Shown here: positions 39,201 to 51,300 of the stretch, piece after piece
How the letters are laid out: each line of letters opens with the position of its first letter
Position numbering within the stretch: position 1 is the stretch's first letter
From: Ginglymostoma cirratum
Taxonomy: Eukaryota
Length of the DNA stretch: 64,000 nucleotides
NCBI GenBank assembly: GCA_024137785.1
Contig: JAHRHZ010000009.1
Coordinates: 27,303,874-27,367,873 of the forward strand
Reading direction: 5' to 3'
The notes under the pieces: generated by a model
Databases searched by the model: none
What the model was told of the DNA's origin: nothing
The model's input: only the letters and a program-made list of their open reading frames with translations
Translations under genes and position numbers: made by a program

Positions 39201-39248
39201 ACAATAAATGTTTTAGGATGAAGATCTTCAAAACAATTATGCTGCTAC

Positions 39249-39357
39249 CTGAAAGCAGTTCTTGAATCTCTTGCTGACAAAGTAGAGTGCGATCGGATTG
39301 ATGCAGGAATTGAGGGAAGCCATATTAATGCCAATGTAGTTCATCACCAGGAGAAAA
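39249..39357 (-). CDS. EDNRB: Endothelin receptor type B family, coding exon 6 (TM7-helix 8)
   Basis: Hand translation (S)[36 protein letters not shown], containing the NPxxxY-type motif. Acceptor atccag|, donor |gtagca, 109 bp. Confidence 0.97.
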
Positions 39358-39454
39358 CTGGATGCCAAAACAAGAACATTAGAAGTGGCTATTTAGAGAT
39401 TTAAAGTATTTTGTTATATATGTAAGTACACATTAAAGAATTTCTGAGGTTAAT

Positions 39455-40978
39455 CTTTCCCGCTGCTTGGATGAGTGCACCTGTAACAACATGTAAGAAG
39501 CTTAGCACCATCCAGGTCAAAGCAATGTCTTCAGCAACACCCTATCCATGACTTTAAAGATTGACTCCCTCCACCTTGGACAGTGGCAACAGCGTGTACC
39601 ATCTCTAAGATGCATTGTAGCTAATTCTGAAGATTCCCTCAGTAGCACCTTCCTTGAATTTTCCCAAATAAAAGGATAAGAACAACAATTGCTAGTTTTC
39701 CTTACAAACTTGGAATAATATAATGGCTCTTTCACTGTTGCTAGGTCAAAATCCTGGAACTCTCTTTCTAATTGCTAGCTAGGGATTTATTGACATCAGA
39801 TGGACTATAATGGCTCAAGGAGGAAGTTCAGCACCACCTTTTAGAATAAATAAGCTAGGAGAAGGAGTAGGTAACTCAGTCTTTTGAGCCTGCTCCACCC
39901 CCAATAAATGCGATCATGCCTGATCTCTACTTGACTTCAACTACATTTTCCTGCCCCCTCTCCATAACCCTTCAACCCATTACTAATTAAAACTCTATAA
40001 TCTCCTCCTCAAATTTACTCAATTTTGCAGCAGCCACTGCACTCTGGATAATGAATTCCACAGATTCACAACCCTTTGAGAGCAGTAATTTGTCCTCACC
40101 TCCATTTTCAATCTGCTACCCCTTAGCCTAAAACTATGAGCCGATGTTATCAACCCCCTTTACCATCTTATATACATCAATTAGGTCTCCTGTCATTCTT
40201 CTAAACTCCAGACAGCATAGGCCTAAATTGCTCATAACACAAACCCCTCAGCCCTGGGATCAATCTCACGAACCTCCTTTGAATTGCTTCCAATCCCTCT
40301 TCTAATAAAGGGCCCAAAACTGAATGGAATACTCCAGGTGCAGTCTAAGTAATGCTTTGTGCAGTTGCAGCTACACTTCCCTCCTTTTATACTCTATTCC
40401 TTTAGCAACAAATGCCAAACTTCCAAGTGCCTTCCTCACTACCTATTGAACCTGCTAACTAGTTTCCTGAGACTCATGCATGAAGATACCCAGATCCCTC
40501 TGCACCAAAGCACTCTGAAGTTTCTCTCCATTTAGATTATAAGTTACTTTTCTATTTTAACCAAACTGTGCAATGTCATACTTAGCCATGTTAAACTCCA
40601 TCTGCTAAATTTTGACCAATTTACCCAACCTATCCATTTCATTTGTAAATTTCTTATTTCTTCATTGCAACTTACTTTCCCACCCATTTTAGTGTCGTCT
40701 GCAAATCTGCCTAAAGTATATTCTATTCCTACATCTAACTCATTGATAGCAATTATAGATAGGTGGAGCCCAAGGACCGAACCCTGTGGCACCTCTTAAG
40801 TCACATCTTGCCAAGACATTTCTCTCCCAACTCTCAGTTTTCTGTTGCTTCTCCATCAAATCGTCTGTTGAACATAATGCATTACCCCAAACAGGGGTAA
40901 TTTCAACAGTAATTAGGGATGGGCAAGAAATACTGACCTTGCCAGAGACACTCAAATCCGTGAAAGAATAAAAAAAAA
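39455..40978 (+). mobile_element. Crack-like LINE 3' end split by a CR1 insertion
   Basis: AWMSAPVTTCKKLSTIQ RT motif at ~39465. The body stops at caccaccttttag (~39843) and the tail taattagggatgggcaag...aataaaaaaaaa resumes at ~40900-40978. Confidence 0.65.
39850..40800 (-). mobile_element. CR1 LINE, 5'-truncated, in intron 5
   Basis: PQGSVLG...INELDVGIEYTLGRFADDTKMGG RT core (ORF 40544..40792) and LRLHLEYSIQFW further 3'. Confidence 0.9.
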
Positions 40979-41521
40979 GTTTTATATGTTACAAGTGCTC
41001 TAATGATTCAAAACATGCAATTTTTAAAACTTCTAATGTTTTCATTTCTGGCAATGATGATCTTCAACATGAAAACAAAATTTAATTCATTCCTGTGTCA
41101 TTATGAGGATCGATATTACAATATGTAAGACATTTATACATTGGTTATTGCTATTTAGCCAATCAGAAAAATAGATATAATTATTTGTAATTATAAAACC
41201 TTAGATATAGCTCATAAATCCTTGGCAACAAATTACATAGCCAGCCAAATTATTCTTTATAAAATTTGAAACTGGATCCAATATCGTCATGCCTTTTTTT
41301 CTGCATATAACATTTGATGAGTTTTAAGTTGTCATTTGCAAATGAAATGAAGACCAAAATACTAAATTTTCATATAGGTTAAAAATATAAAATCTCACAG
41401 TATCCTAATTCTCAATCAGAAACCAAGCTTTAACAGGAGTTGGTAACTTTCTCTCTGGTATTTGTTATGCTTACTGCCCTCTTATGGTAATCTGACATCC
41501 TCACTTTCCATTAATTCTTAC

Positions 41522-41655
41522 CTCAGTAGTTCACATCTGTTCGGATCATTTTCATCATAGAATATCTTCATTAAAATTCTACTAAGATGAAGTGGAAGCC
41601 AACAGAGGGCAAAAACAAGCACCAAGCAGAATACAGTCTTTGCTACCTCACGACG
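41522..41655 (-). CDS. EDNRB: Endothelin receptor type B family, coding exon 5 (TM6-ECL3)
   Basis: Hand translation [44 protein letters not shown](S), containing the CWxP motif. Acceptor ttgcag|, donor |gtaaga, 134 bp. Not in the ORF track. Confidence 0.97.
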
Positions 41656-43962
41656 CTGCAAGTGAACAAACAGAGTGTTACTTATACTATTGAGCCCTTT
41701 GTTTAAAAGAGCTTCAAGATCACAACCAACAACACTGTGAGAGCACTATACCATTCTAATGATAAACCTTACTTGAATGCAGTTCAATAAACCATTTCCA
41801 CTGCAGGAATACAGTAAGGCACATTCAATAATTTAGCATATCACTCTGAGTACTATGATTGATTGCATACAACCCATCAAAACTGTAGCTGCACCACAGA
41901 ATTGATCTTGGCAGTTTCTGTTTTCATGTAAATATTGTTTATCGTTACCTTCAACAATGAGTTTATGCAATGGTAAAGATGGAAGGTGGCGTCTTTATAA
42001 ATTTTTATTGTAACTTCATAGCTGGTGAAATGGACAGACAGATGGCAATACAGTTCAATACATCAAACTGTGACATGTTATAGTCTAGGAGGAAAGGAAT
42101 TATGAAAGGATTATGCTCCAAATAGTAACATTTTAATTTGGGTGGGTAAAAGTGGAAATGCTGATATTAATAAAAACATAAGATGCATACAATTCTGGAA
42201 CAAATAGTTAAGGACCATAAATAAAAAAATCATATAAATGTTGATTTTTATGCAAATTCTCACTGTCTGAGTATTCCATAAAGTTCTGGGTACCTGTTAG
42301 TAGAGGTTTCTAACAGCTAGTTTAAGGAAGCAACAAAAATATAGAAAAAAATAATAAGTTCTACATTTGCAGAAAGGCTCAAAACAGTGCAATGACTTGC
42401 ACTGTAACAAATAGATAGAGATAAAATTAAAATTTTCAAAATGATGCAAGATTTTTGAGATGGTTATTCAATAAAGATTGTTGGCAACAGTTAATGAATT
42501 AGCAATGATGAGACACAACAGAAGACAGGAAGAACAAAAAGGAAAATTTAAAGAATTGTTTTCAAAATGGAATTAGTAAACATATACTTTAGTCATACTG
42601 AGTCACTTAAAAAGCAATTGCAAAGAAAGGATAGAAAAACATGTGGAGAAAGAATAGGGAAATGGAATTACAAAAGATAATTCCAGTTAAAGATCTGATG
42701 TAAGAATGACAAGAAAACTACACACTTCTGTTGAGATCTGAGCTTATGCAAGATCAGGGATGGCAGGTGTGGGTTTGTGAAGCAATTGTATTCTTCTTGT
42801 TCAAAACTGCATGTGTATTGTTGAATGATTATCAGTTAAATCTTGATTTGGAGATTAATTTACTAACTCTTAATTAACTTCAATTCAACTGGAACATTAT
42901 TTTGTGAACAAGTTGTATTTTACCATCATTTTGCAATATTGAGATAGTCATTATTTTTAAGCTGAAGAAAACAAAATTATATTTTCACCTTCTAAATGAA
43001 CAATCAGTTTATGTCTGTACTGTGAAGCAACAATCAGAAAACATTGTAAACTTTTCCTGGATATCTAACCATGAATGATGGAATTCAACTGTAACTAGAA
43101 GATTACGTGCAATCTAAAAGTTGATCTTTTAAGGTAAAGCACTTGATTTTATTAATTAACTGTTTATTGTTGTATTACTACAAATATGTAGATTAGAGTA
43201 TCAGTACAGATGATTGCTCCAGGAAACAGTTTTACATTATGCAAGTGTAAATTATTTTCATCATTTTCAAGGATAAACTGATGGGAGTAGATTCTCATTA
43301 TAGCTTCAGGACTTGCCAGTGGGAGCAAATAGAGAGGCTGAGTGAGCACTTACAGGCAGGGTGTACAACAGATTGATTTTCATGGAGGCGGCCTTCGCAT
43401 TCAACATTCAATTAAGTATGCTTGACAGGCCTTTAATCAGGAGGTGCCTTTAATCAGAGGGTCAACTGAGAGAAATGCATGTGGCTGTTGCAGGTCAGAA
43501 AATGTAAGGGTATTTGGCTGTGTTCTGAATAAGCCTTCTGTAACTATCAAGTTGTGGAGTGTGGCTCGACCTCTAAAGTCTGGCTCAGGGGCAGGGATAC
43601 TACCCATTGCAACAGAAGACCTCCCATTGAGAGGAACTGAAGGAAATAAAATGAAATGAAATTAAATGCTGATAGACATTTTTTTGAAAATGGACGCCCT
43701 GAAATTCTGACAAGAGTTTTGCTGAAATCCCAAAGTAACTCCAGCTCAATCCCAGTGAAGGCTCAAATTAATTTAAAAGTAATACCAACCATTTTTAAGT
43801 GGGGAAAAGACTTAAGTCAACCTAAGAATGTTAAGCAATAATATTTGGTGGGCAACATATTGTTGAAGCTAACCACTGATTCGGTTTAAGCTATTTTTTT
43901 ATGAAAATAAATTGTTCTGTTGAATATTTTTAAAAAATGGAAATTAATATTTAGATGCTTAC

Positions 43963-44112
43963 TTGTTTCAGATGGTCATTCAGAGCGATCTGCATCCCAC
44001 TTTTCTTTCTTAGCATCTCACAAGTCATTAAAGAGTAAAACAGAGCTGTGCACGCCAGAGGCATACAGAAATAAAAAGCAAAGAGCCACCAGTCTTTTGC
44101 TATCTTGTAGAA
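43963..44112 (-). CDS. EDNRB: Endothelin receptor type B family, coding exon 4 (TM5-ICL3)
   Basis: [50 protein letters not shown]. Acceptor ttttcag|, donor |gtaagc, 150 bp. Confidence 0.97.
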
Positions 44113-45411
44113 CTGAAAATAGTCATATAAAAAAACACACATTAAAGCAATGAAAGACAATCACATTAAAAGAATCATAACTGCCACAGTCCTGATTCAA
44201 TCCTATCAACATAAAACATTTTACACACAGCACGCTGAACATTTGAATCATACAAATGATTGCATCCAACATTCCAGAAATCTAGATTTGCCTAGGGCTG
44301 CCAACTTTAGACACTATACAGTGGGAATCCTCCATTTTGACTACAAAATGTAGGAAACCCTTCACTGGAGCAACACAGTGTAGCATTGCTGCTATTGCTC
44401 AAAAATAAAAGCCTTTTAAACAAGGAAAATAATCACATTAAGTAAGCGTAGCATCAAAAATAATATTACCAGGAAGATATAACTTCAGAAATGGCACAAG
44501 TAAATCACAGAACTGGACATCTTAAAGAAATCATCCTTAAGATACATAACATCTTCTAAACTGGATATTAAATCAGAAGCTGAATAAGTAAATACACATT
44601 TATATAGAATTAGAATACAGTTGTTGTTGTTATTCCTTGCCAAGTTGTTAGAGAAGCAACACATACATTTGAAGAAATATAAAATCTCTGGTAATTACTT
44701 TAACCACAGAACAAATAAAAATTCTTGAAAGAACAATATTGCACAGAAGAGTTAAGCATCTAGGTGAATCAACAGATTATTTAATTATTGAAAGCAACAG
44801 ATTTGCTGTGAAATGTGACCACGGTGACTTCAAGTCAGAATTCATAACAGACTGAATTATTATAGGAACTGATAAGACTTCATCAGATTTATTACAGTTA
44901 AAAAGAAAGTTAGTGAATGAAGCACAAGTTCAGAAGGAACACAGATCAAACATGGGAGAGAGTCAGTCTTAACACAGAAGGTCAACAGAATCTTTTTTTA
45001 AGTGATAAAACCATGACGGAAATACATGAGAAATAGTGCTGTGATTTTGACAGACACAGCACGGTAAAAGATCGTTGTCAGCACTGTGGAGCAGAGAAGC
45101 TTCATAGGCATAGACACAGGCCATCAGGCCACAGTTAGCTCAAACAGATCCAATGTGGGGGTAGAGTGGAAACTAGGAATGACACACAACCATTGTATCG
45201 TATCAAATAATGGGTGAACCATAAGCTCAGTGGGTTGGCCATGAAAACATATCTTGAGCACCAACAGGTCCTTGCAATTATAGAAAACATACTGGTGTAT
45301 GATGAATAACTATTCATTCTGGCTTCACTTCAGAAAGGTGCTCTAGGGAAACTGCACCAAGAACATTGTACAATTATGTACATATACAATACCTTTATAG
45401 AATTAGAGACA

Positions 45412-46037
45412 GGGACTTGGGCAGTGTTGTAGTACAGAGAGACCTCAAGGTTCAGGTAAGTAATTTTTTGAAGTTTGCATTATATATAGGTAGGGTGGTT
45501 AGAAGGCATTTCCCATGCTTGCTTTCCTTGCTCAAACCTTTGAGTAAAGGAGTTAAGATGTTATGTTGAGCTTGTGCAGGACATTGTTGAGGACTTTTCA
45601 GGGGTATTGTATCCAGTTCTGGTCACCCAGTTACAGGAAGAATATTATTTAGCTGGAGAGGGTTCAGAAGAGATTTACCAGGATGTTGCTGGGAATGGAG
45701 GCTTTGAGTTATAAGGAGAGGCTGGAGAGACTGGGGATTTCAAGGCAAGGGAGAAGATTTTTCAGTTGAGAGGAAACTGATTTAAAAAAGACATGAGGAG
45801 CAATTTTTGGTTTGAGAATGGTTCCTGTGAGGAATGAGCTTCCAGAGGAGATGGTGGATGTGGGTACAGTTAGAATGTTTAAAAGACATTTAGATAAGTA
45901 CATGAATAATAAATTTTTGGAGGGATATGGGCCACGCGCAGGCATGGGGGACTAGTTCAGTTCGGGGTTATGGTTGGCATGGAATGGTTGGACTGAGGGG
46001 TCTGTTTCTGTGTTATATGGCTCTATGACTCTATGAC
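45412..46037 (+). mobile_element. CR1 LINE 3' portion nested in the Gypsy relic
   Basis: YCIQFWSPSYRKNIILAGEVQ/LERVQKRFTRMLLG motifs and terminal ctctatgactctatgac repeats. Confidence 0.88.
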
Positions 46038-46244
46038 ATTTGGAGATCAGGATATGTAGTGCCAGGGCTTGGTCAATGGTTTGATAGCCTTAGATCTCCA
46101 AGGACTTTCAAGATATCATAGCTGATTGTGAAAGCGTGATTAAACTGGTTTGGCAGAAATGTTGCCATCACTTTCAACACTGAAGACAGCTCAGACTGCA
46201 AGAATCAGCTAAGTTCGCTGTGAAGCATAAGCACAAAACAGCCA

Positions 46245-46372
46245 TTTTCTGAAGAAAGGCCCTGACCCGAAATGTCAGGTTTCCTGCCCCTCTGATGCTG
46301 TCTGGCCTGCTGTGTTCATCCAGCTCTACACCTTGCTGTCTCAAACTCCAGCATCGGCAGTTCCTACTATCT
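46245..46372 (+). mobile_element. Short Penelope-derived insert with 11-bp TSD
   Basis: TSD caaaacagcca / caaaatagcca (46234-46244, 46373-46383). Begins ttttCTGAAGAAAGGCCCTGACCCGAAATGTC and ends gcagttcctactatct. Confidence 0.8.
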
Positions 46373-49258
46373 CAAAATAGCCAATAAGTAGTACACTTCT
46401 ATTGAGGCAGTGAACAATGTAATAACTGAAGTGTGCAATACAGCTTGGTGAATGAGTAACTGTGGCAGATACAAGTTTGATATTAGATGTTGAGATGACT
46501 TAGAAGAGGCAAGTTGAAACAGAATGTTTCACTTCCTTATTTTCCCAGTAAGTGTCCTCAGTAACAGAGACAGAGGTCATTGCAAGCAAGGAGCAATTCT
46601 CAAATAACAGAAATTTGGAAGTGAACATGTTCGTTTTATTCATAATGTAATCATAGGGAATGAATGAGAGTCTAAACCAATCAACATGTTCAAGTAAAGA
46701 GTCTACATTGTTCAACACAAAACTACAGGCAGCTAAGAACAAAAATCTGTTGACAGAGATTGAAGATGTGGTGTATACAACTCTATGGAGGCCACAACTC
46801 AGAAAGGACAACCAATGGCTAATGATTCAAAATACTGCAAAAAAGAAATCTCCTCTTTTATCAATGATGATATTCCCCATGAAGGAAACCCAAGCGATTA
46901 AAGGTCCTCCTTGTTTGAAGTGGCCTATTGATATCAGACTGTTAGGAAAAGGATCAAAGACAACAGTCTTCCACCTAGCAAATTACCAGCCCACCAGTCT
47001 GAAGAGAATACAATCAAGAAAAATCATGAAACTCATAGATCACTTGAATTTGTAAAGTCAGACTTGGGGAGGAGATGGGATAGTGATGAATGAAGCATAT
47101 ACATCAATGCGCTTGAGCGGCGATATTGTATACAAGCCTCAAAGGGTTAATACAGAGCAGTGCCATTTGCATAACACACCATGATGATATCATATGGACA
47201 TGTAGGCAGAACAGCTTAGGATCTTGGTGGAGTATAACCTAGTTTCCAGACACCCCTTCAAAGTGTCTGTAACAATGTCTATCATATCAACATAACCTGT
47301 AATTATTTACTAACACGGAATAAAGTAGATTTTGTCAACTTTCAGGGACTCTTCTAGTTAGACTTCAGTGTGATTTTCCTCTACTGCAATAAACTATGCA
47401 GACCCTGTAGATCCCTATGCTTAAAGATGATGGTAGCAGCAGATCTATCACATTGTGGGGTGCAGACTTAGTTTAGCTGCACATACAAGTCAAATGACCT
47501 TCATCTGTGTTGTAACCATTCCATGTCGCTGTGATTCGATGAGAAACACAAATATTTAAAAGAAAATGAAGAACTTTGTAATTGTCTGTGGGCTGGAATT
47601 TATACTCACCCACCAGTGAGTTTAAAGGTGACTGGGGCAAATTTTCACTGTCACTCGCCCACTCATGACTTTTCTGCAATTTAATGGGAACACTTGACAG
47701 CTAGCAAGGGCCTTATTCTGCTGTCATCAATATCTTTACTGCGGAGCCAAGCAGGAAGACCAGCAGCTTTAGCTCTGTGCGGATGGGGTGGGGATCAGCT
47801 ACCTCCTTTGAGAACCCCATGGAACAAGTGGAGGATGTCCCACATCCCCACCCCTCCAAGTTGAACCCCCACATTTAGACCTCCACCCTGCCTTTTGAAC
47901 ACAGCCTCCCCAATCCTCTCTCCAGGGCAGGCCCCAGTGAGATACCAGAGGTACCTGGGCTTCTTAGTTCCTTGATGTCCCGGCAGTAGCAGTAGCTGGC
48001 TTTCACTAGCGCCAGTGAAATTACAGAACTACAGCTAAGTGGCTTGGTCAGCAGTTATCTAAGATAGCACTTCTTCCTGAGGTAAGGCAGATGTATCAAC
48101 TTAAAGCTTTTGATACTGCTCCCAGCATTAAATTGCTGCAGGGTAGTCATTCAGATGATGGGATAGCTCCCCTCTACTTTTTTAGCCGGAGATTGGTTGG
48201 ACTGGTAGTGGGATCGGGACCATTGTAGCCTTTTGGAATCAGCCTTATGAGTTGTCTCGCTGCACTCTGCAAATTTATTCCTGGAGATCCAGGTCAACTG
48301 TGGAAAGTTGCCAACTGTACCATCCATACTGTAAACATGCTGGCTGTAAATTTGCTGGGATTGCAGCATGAGCCTTTATTACTCTTGAAAAATTTTTGGC
48401 AATGGAGAGGGAGCGACCCTCTTGAAAGTCCCTGCAGTCATTTTACATTTCTAATGTGGTGGAGTGAATTTCATTTTTGGTAATACAAGATCTGACAGAG
48501 CTGGGAAAAATATTCACTTTTTGGAGTCCACAGTCAACACAATACATTCTTAGGTTAATTATTGCATAAAATAAAAGCAGACAATTTACAATGCAGAACA
48601 GAGTTGGTATTTTTCACCACAATTTTTCTAACTATCTTATTTCAAATTGTAGTGGTTGTGCACAAATCTTTTCGAACTTGGGCTGCATTCATACTATGGG
48701 GTCATGGTAACAAAGAATGACTTTCCACTGTACAAATCAGATCTATATTCAAACTGAAGTGAAACAGGTGTGTCATAATAGACCTTAACTCAGTATACCC
48801 TCTGATTGTGAATAATGTTTCATGGGGGAATGAAATTCTACAGAGAATGCGTCATCATCCTAGGAATATTTCTAAACATTGATAGTACTTTAAATGTACA
48901 GGACAGAAATGAAGCTCCAAATGCTGATACATGTGGCGAGTACATAAGCATGTGAATGATAAAAGGCATTTGAGGAGTCTTTCTCCAGAATGCAATTCTA
49001 TCTTAAACAGTCCGTTCCTACTCAAACACCCAATCCAAGAAACTGGTTGTCTATTAAAATTCTGTGATTTTATTAAAGCATTTAATGTAATATTCTGTTT
49101 GGTTAATTTTATGAATTAGTTAACTTGCAGCAATTTACTCAGGTAGTTGTCACTTTGCTACATGGTTGTAGACTAAACTAGCTGTACTCTGACCAAATCT
49201 GATCAGAAAAGTGTATTGCTTAATATTGTCCATAAATAAAAATGATGGATCCACATAC

Positions 49259-49463
49259 CTGCATAAATGGACTTTTTTGAACAGGATGGAGCAAGCAGAC
49301 ACTGAATTTCTTTCCTCTGTAGTCCGTATTTACCAGATCAAAGGCTATAGTCTCAGGAACTGCCAGAATAATTGACACAACCCAGATGAGAATAATTTCA
49401 ATCACAGTCCACATGGGAACTCTGATTCCTTGAATACGGCTCCAGGATGCCACAGCTCGATAC
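49259..49463 (-). CDS. EDNRB: Endothelin receptor type B family, coding exon 3 (DRY/ICL2-TM4-ECL2)
   Basis: (R)[68 protein letters not shown]. Acceptor ctcag|, donor |gtatgt, 205 bp. The phase-2 junction with exon 2 makes AG|G = Arg of DRY. Confidence 0.97.
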
Positions 49464-49582
49464 CTGAGATTGGGTTCATGCATTAGAGAAAAAAAGGCAT
49501 TATGCATTGAAATGCCTCTCAATAATAAGCAGTGAGAGAGGTAGGACAGAGAAAAATATGTTTGATTGCTGTGTTAAATTAC

Positions 49583-49695
49583 CTGTCTATACTGAGTGCA
49601 CAGAGACTGAGAACAGTGATTCCAACAGATGCCTTTTGCATAAATGGCATTAGTTTGCATATTTCCACCCCAAAGGGCCAGTCTTCAGCATGGAG
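49583..49695 (-). CDS. EDNRB: Endothelin receptor type B family, coding exon 2 (ECL1-TM3)
   Basis: Translates [38 protein letters not shown]. Acceptor ttcag| at 49696-49700 and donor |gtaatt at 49582. The 113 bp length matches human EDNRB exon 2 as I recall it. Confidence 0.97.
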
Positions 49696-49899
49696 CTGAA
49701 AAGAAAAGGATTAACTGCAAATTAATTTCTGAGATGAACACGTTTTAAAAAGTGACTTCATCAATACAGTCCCGAAATCTTGAAAGTGGAGTGGTACCAA
49801 TTTCCCAGACTTCTGTGTATGCAGGAGGCTATCCACTTTTGTTTCTTCTTTAACTTTTCTACTTTTTCTATTCCGATGGCATCATTAAGAGGTACTAGA

Positions 49900-50390
49900 T
49901 CTGCAATCCAGGCCCTTGGACTATGATCCAAACAAATGAATTTAAATCTAATCAATTGAATAATATTGGAAGACACAGCTATCAATAATAGTGACTATGT
50001 AACTATTCGATTGTAAAGCAAAACCATCTGATTGATTAACATCCTTTAAAGAAGGACAATTTCCATCCTTGACAGATAGTAGGAACTGCCAATGTAGTTT
50101 TTCTGAAGAAGAGTCCAGACCTGAAACATCAGCCTTCCTGCTCCTCTGATGCTACTTGGCCTGCTGTGTTCATCCAGTTCTACACCTTGTTATCTCAATT
50201 TCCATCCTTACCTGACCTACATGTGACTTCAGCAACGTGACTAAATCACTTCTCTCTATGAACATCTAACAAATTACCCAGTGGTACTTAAGAAGACAGT
50301 ACCTTACTCCTGTCTCAAGGACTAACAGACATCAGCAATAATTGCAGGATTAGCCAGTAATGAACATATCACACAAATGAATAGAAGTCA
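49900..50390 (+). mobile_element. Decayed tRNA-head SINE with nested Penelope-derived insert (50071-50195, 14-bp TSD)
   Basis: TSD caatttccatcctt at 50057-50070 and 50196-50209. The insert has an inverted tail piece agatagtaggaactgccaatg, then CTGAAGAAGAGTCCAGACCTGAAACATC. Confidence 0.75.
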
Positions 50391-50589
50391 TTCTTGAAAT
50401 TTGCAATTCTTTCTCTTTTCTTTAGTGATGACTGTAACTTATACTTTGCAATCAGTGTTTACGCTTTAGTTTCTCAATTCAGAAGCTGCTCTCCGTACAA
50501 GACCAGATGTTGCGGGTCAACAGCTGACACCGACTGGAGGGCTTAGCGGTGGGCTTAGAACAAAATAATCCAATCGCACTCTAAATTCA

Positions 50590-51300
50590 TTCCGGGGATG
50601 TGGGCATAGCTGGTTGGACTATCATATGTTGCCCATCATTAACTGCCCTGGAAAAATTGATGTTGAGCTTTCTTCTTAAACAGCTGAAGTCTTTGAGTGT
50701 TAGTTCTCCTGCAGTCTATATGAAAAGGAGTTTCAGCATTTTGTCCCAGTGACAGTGAGGGAATAGTCGTGTAATTTCAAATCAAGATGGTGCGTGGATT
50801 AGGAGGGAACTTGCAAGTGATGGTGTTCTCATGTGCATTTGTTGCCATTGCCTGTCTGGGTGGTAAAGAGACACATTTGAAAAGTGCTTTCAGAGGATGA
50901 TTTACATCTTCTAGATGGCACTTGTTGCCATTGTGCATCGCTGATGAAAGGAGTGAATGTTGAAGGTGGGCGAAAGGGTACCATTCAAGCGAGACGCTTT
51001 CGTTCTGGATGACATCAAGCTTCTTAAGTGTTGCAATAGCTGGAAGCATCCAGGTAAGTGGGAACATTCCATCATGTTCCTGACTTGAACTTTGTCGATA
51101 GTGGACAGGCTTTTGGAAGAACAAGGGATGAGATACTCACCATAGAATTCCTTACCTAGGGCCTGTTTTTGTGCCATGGTATTCGTATAGCTACTCCAAT
51201 TCAGTTTCTATTCAATGTTGACCCCAAGGATGTTGACAGTGACAGATTCAACAATGGTACTGCTGTTGAATAATAAGGAGCAATGCTTGGATTCTGATTG
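50590..51300 (-). mobile_element. Crack-like LINE 3' portion
   Basis: LSTIDKVQVRNMME and LTWM.....TLKKLDVIQNE (ORFs 50911..51177 and 50777..51124). Same tail as 10700-10790. Confidence 0.7.

Larger units (their letters stand above)
44590..47390 (+). mobile_element. Decayed Ty3/Gypsy element in intron 3 (gag relic, pol end, PPT, 3' LTR ~47080-47390)
   Basis: gag NYFNHRTNK.LERTILHRRVKHLGESTDYLIIESNRFAVKCDHGDFKSEFITD*IIIG at ~44690-44870. pol terminus RIQSRKIMKLIDHLNL* (TRSGR.VK.P.RL type) ends at 47055. PPT ttggggaggaga at ~47064. LTR similar to 3240-3505. Confidence 0.7.

Noticed and set aside
46660-47055. 131-aa ORF antisense to the receptor intron
   Set aside because: It is the decayed end of Gypsy pol, directly followed by a PPT and LTR.
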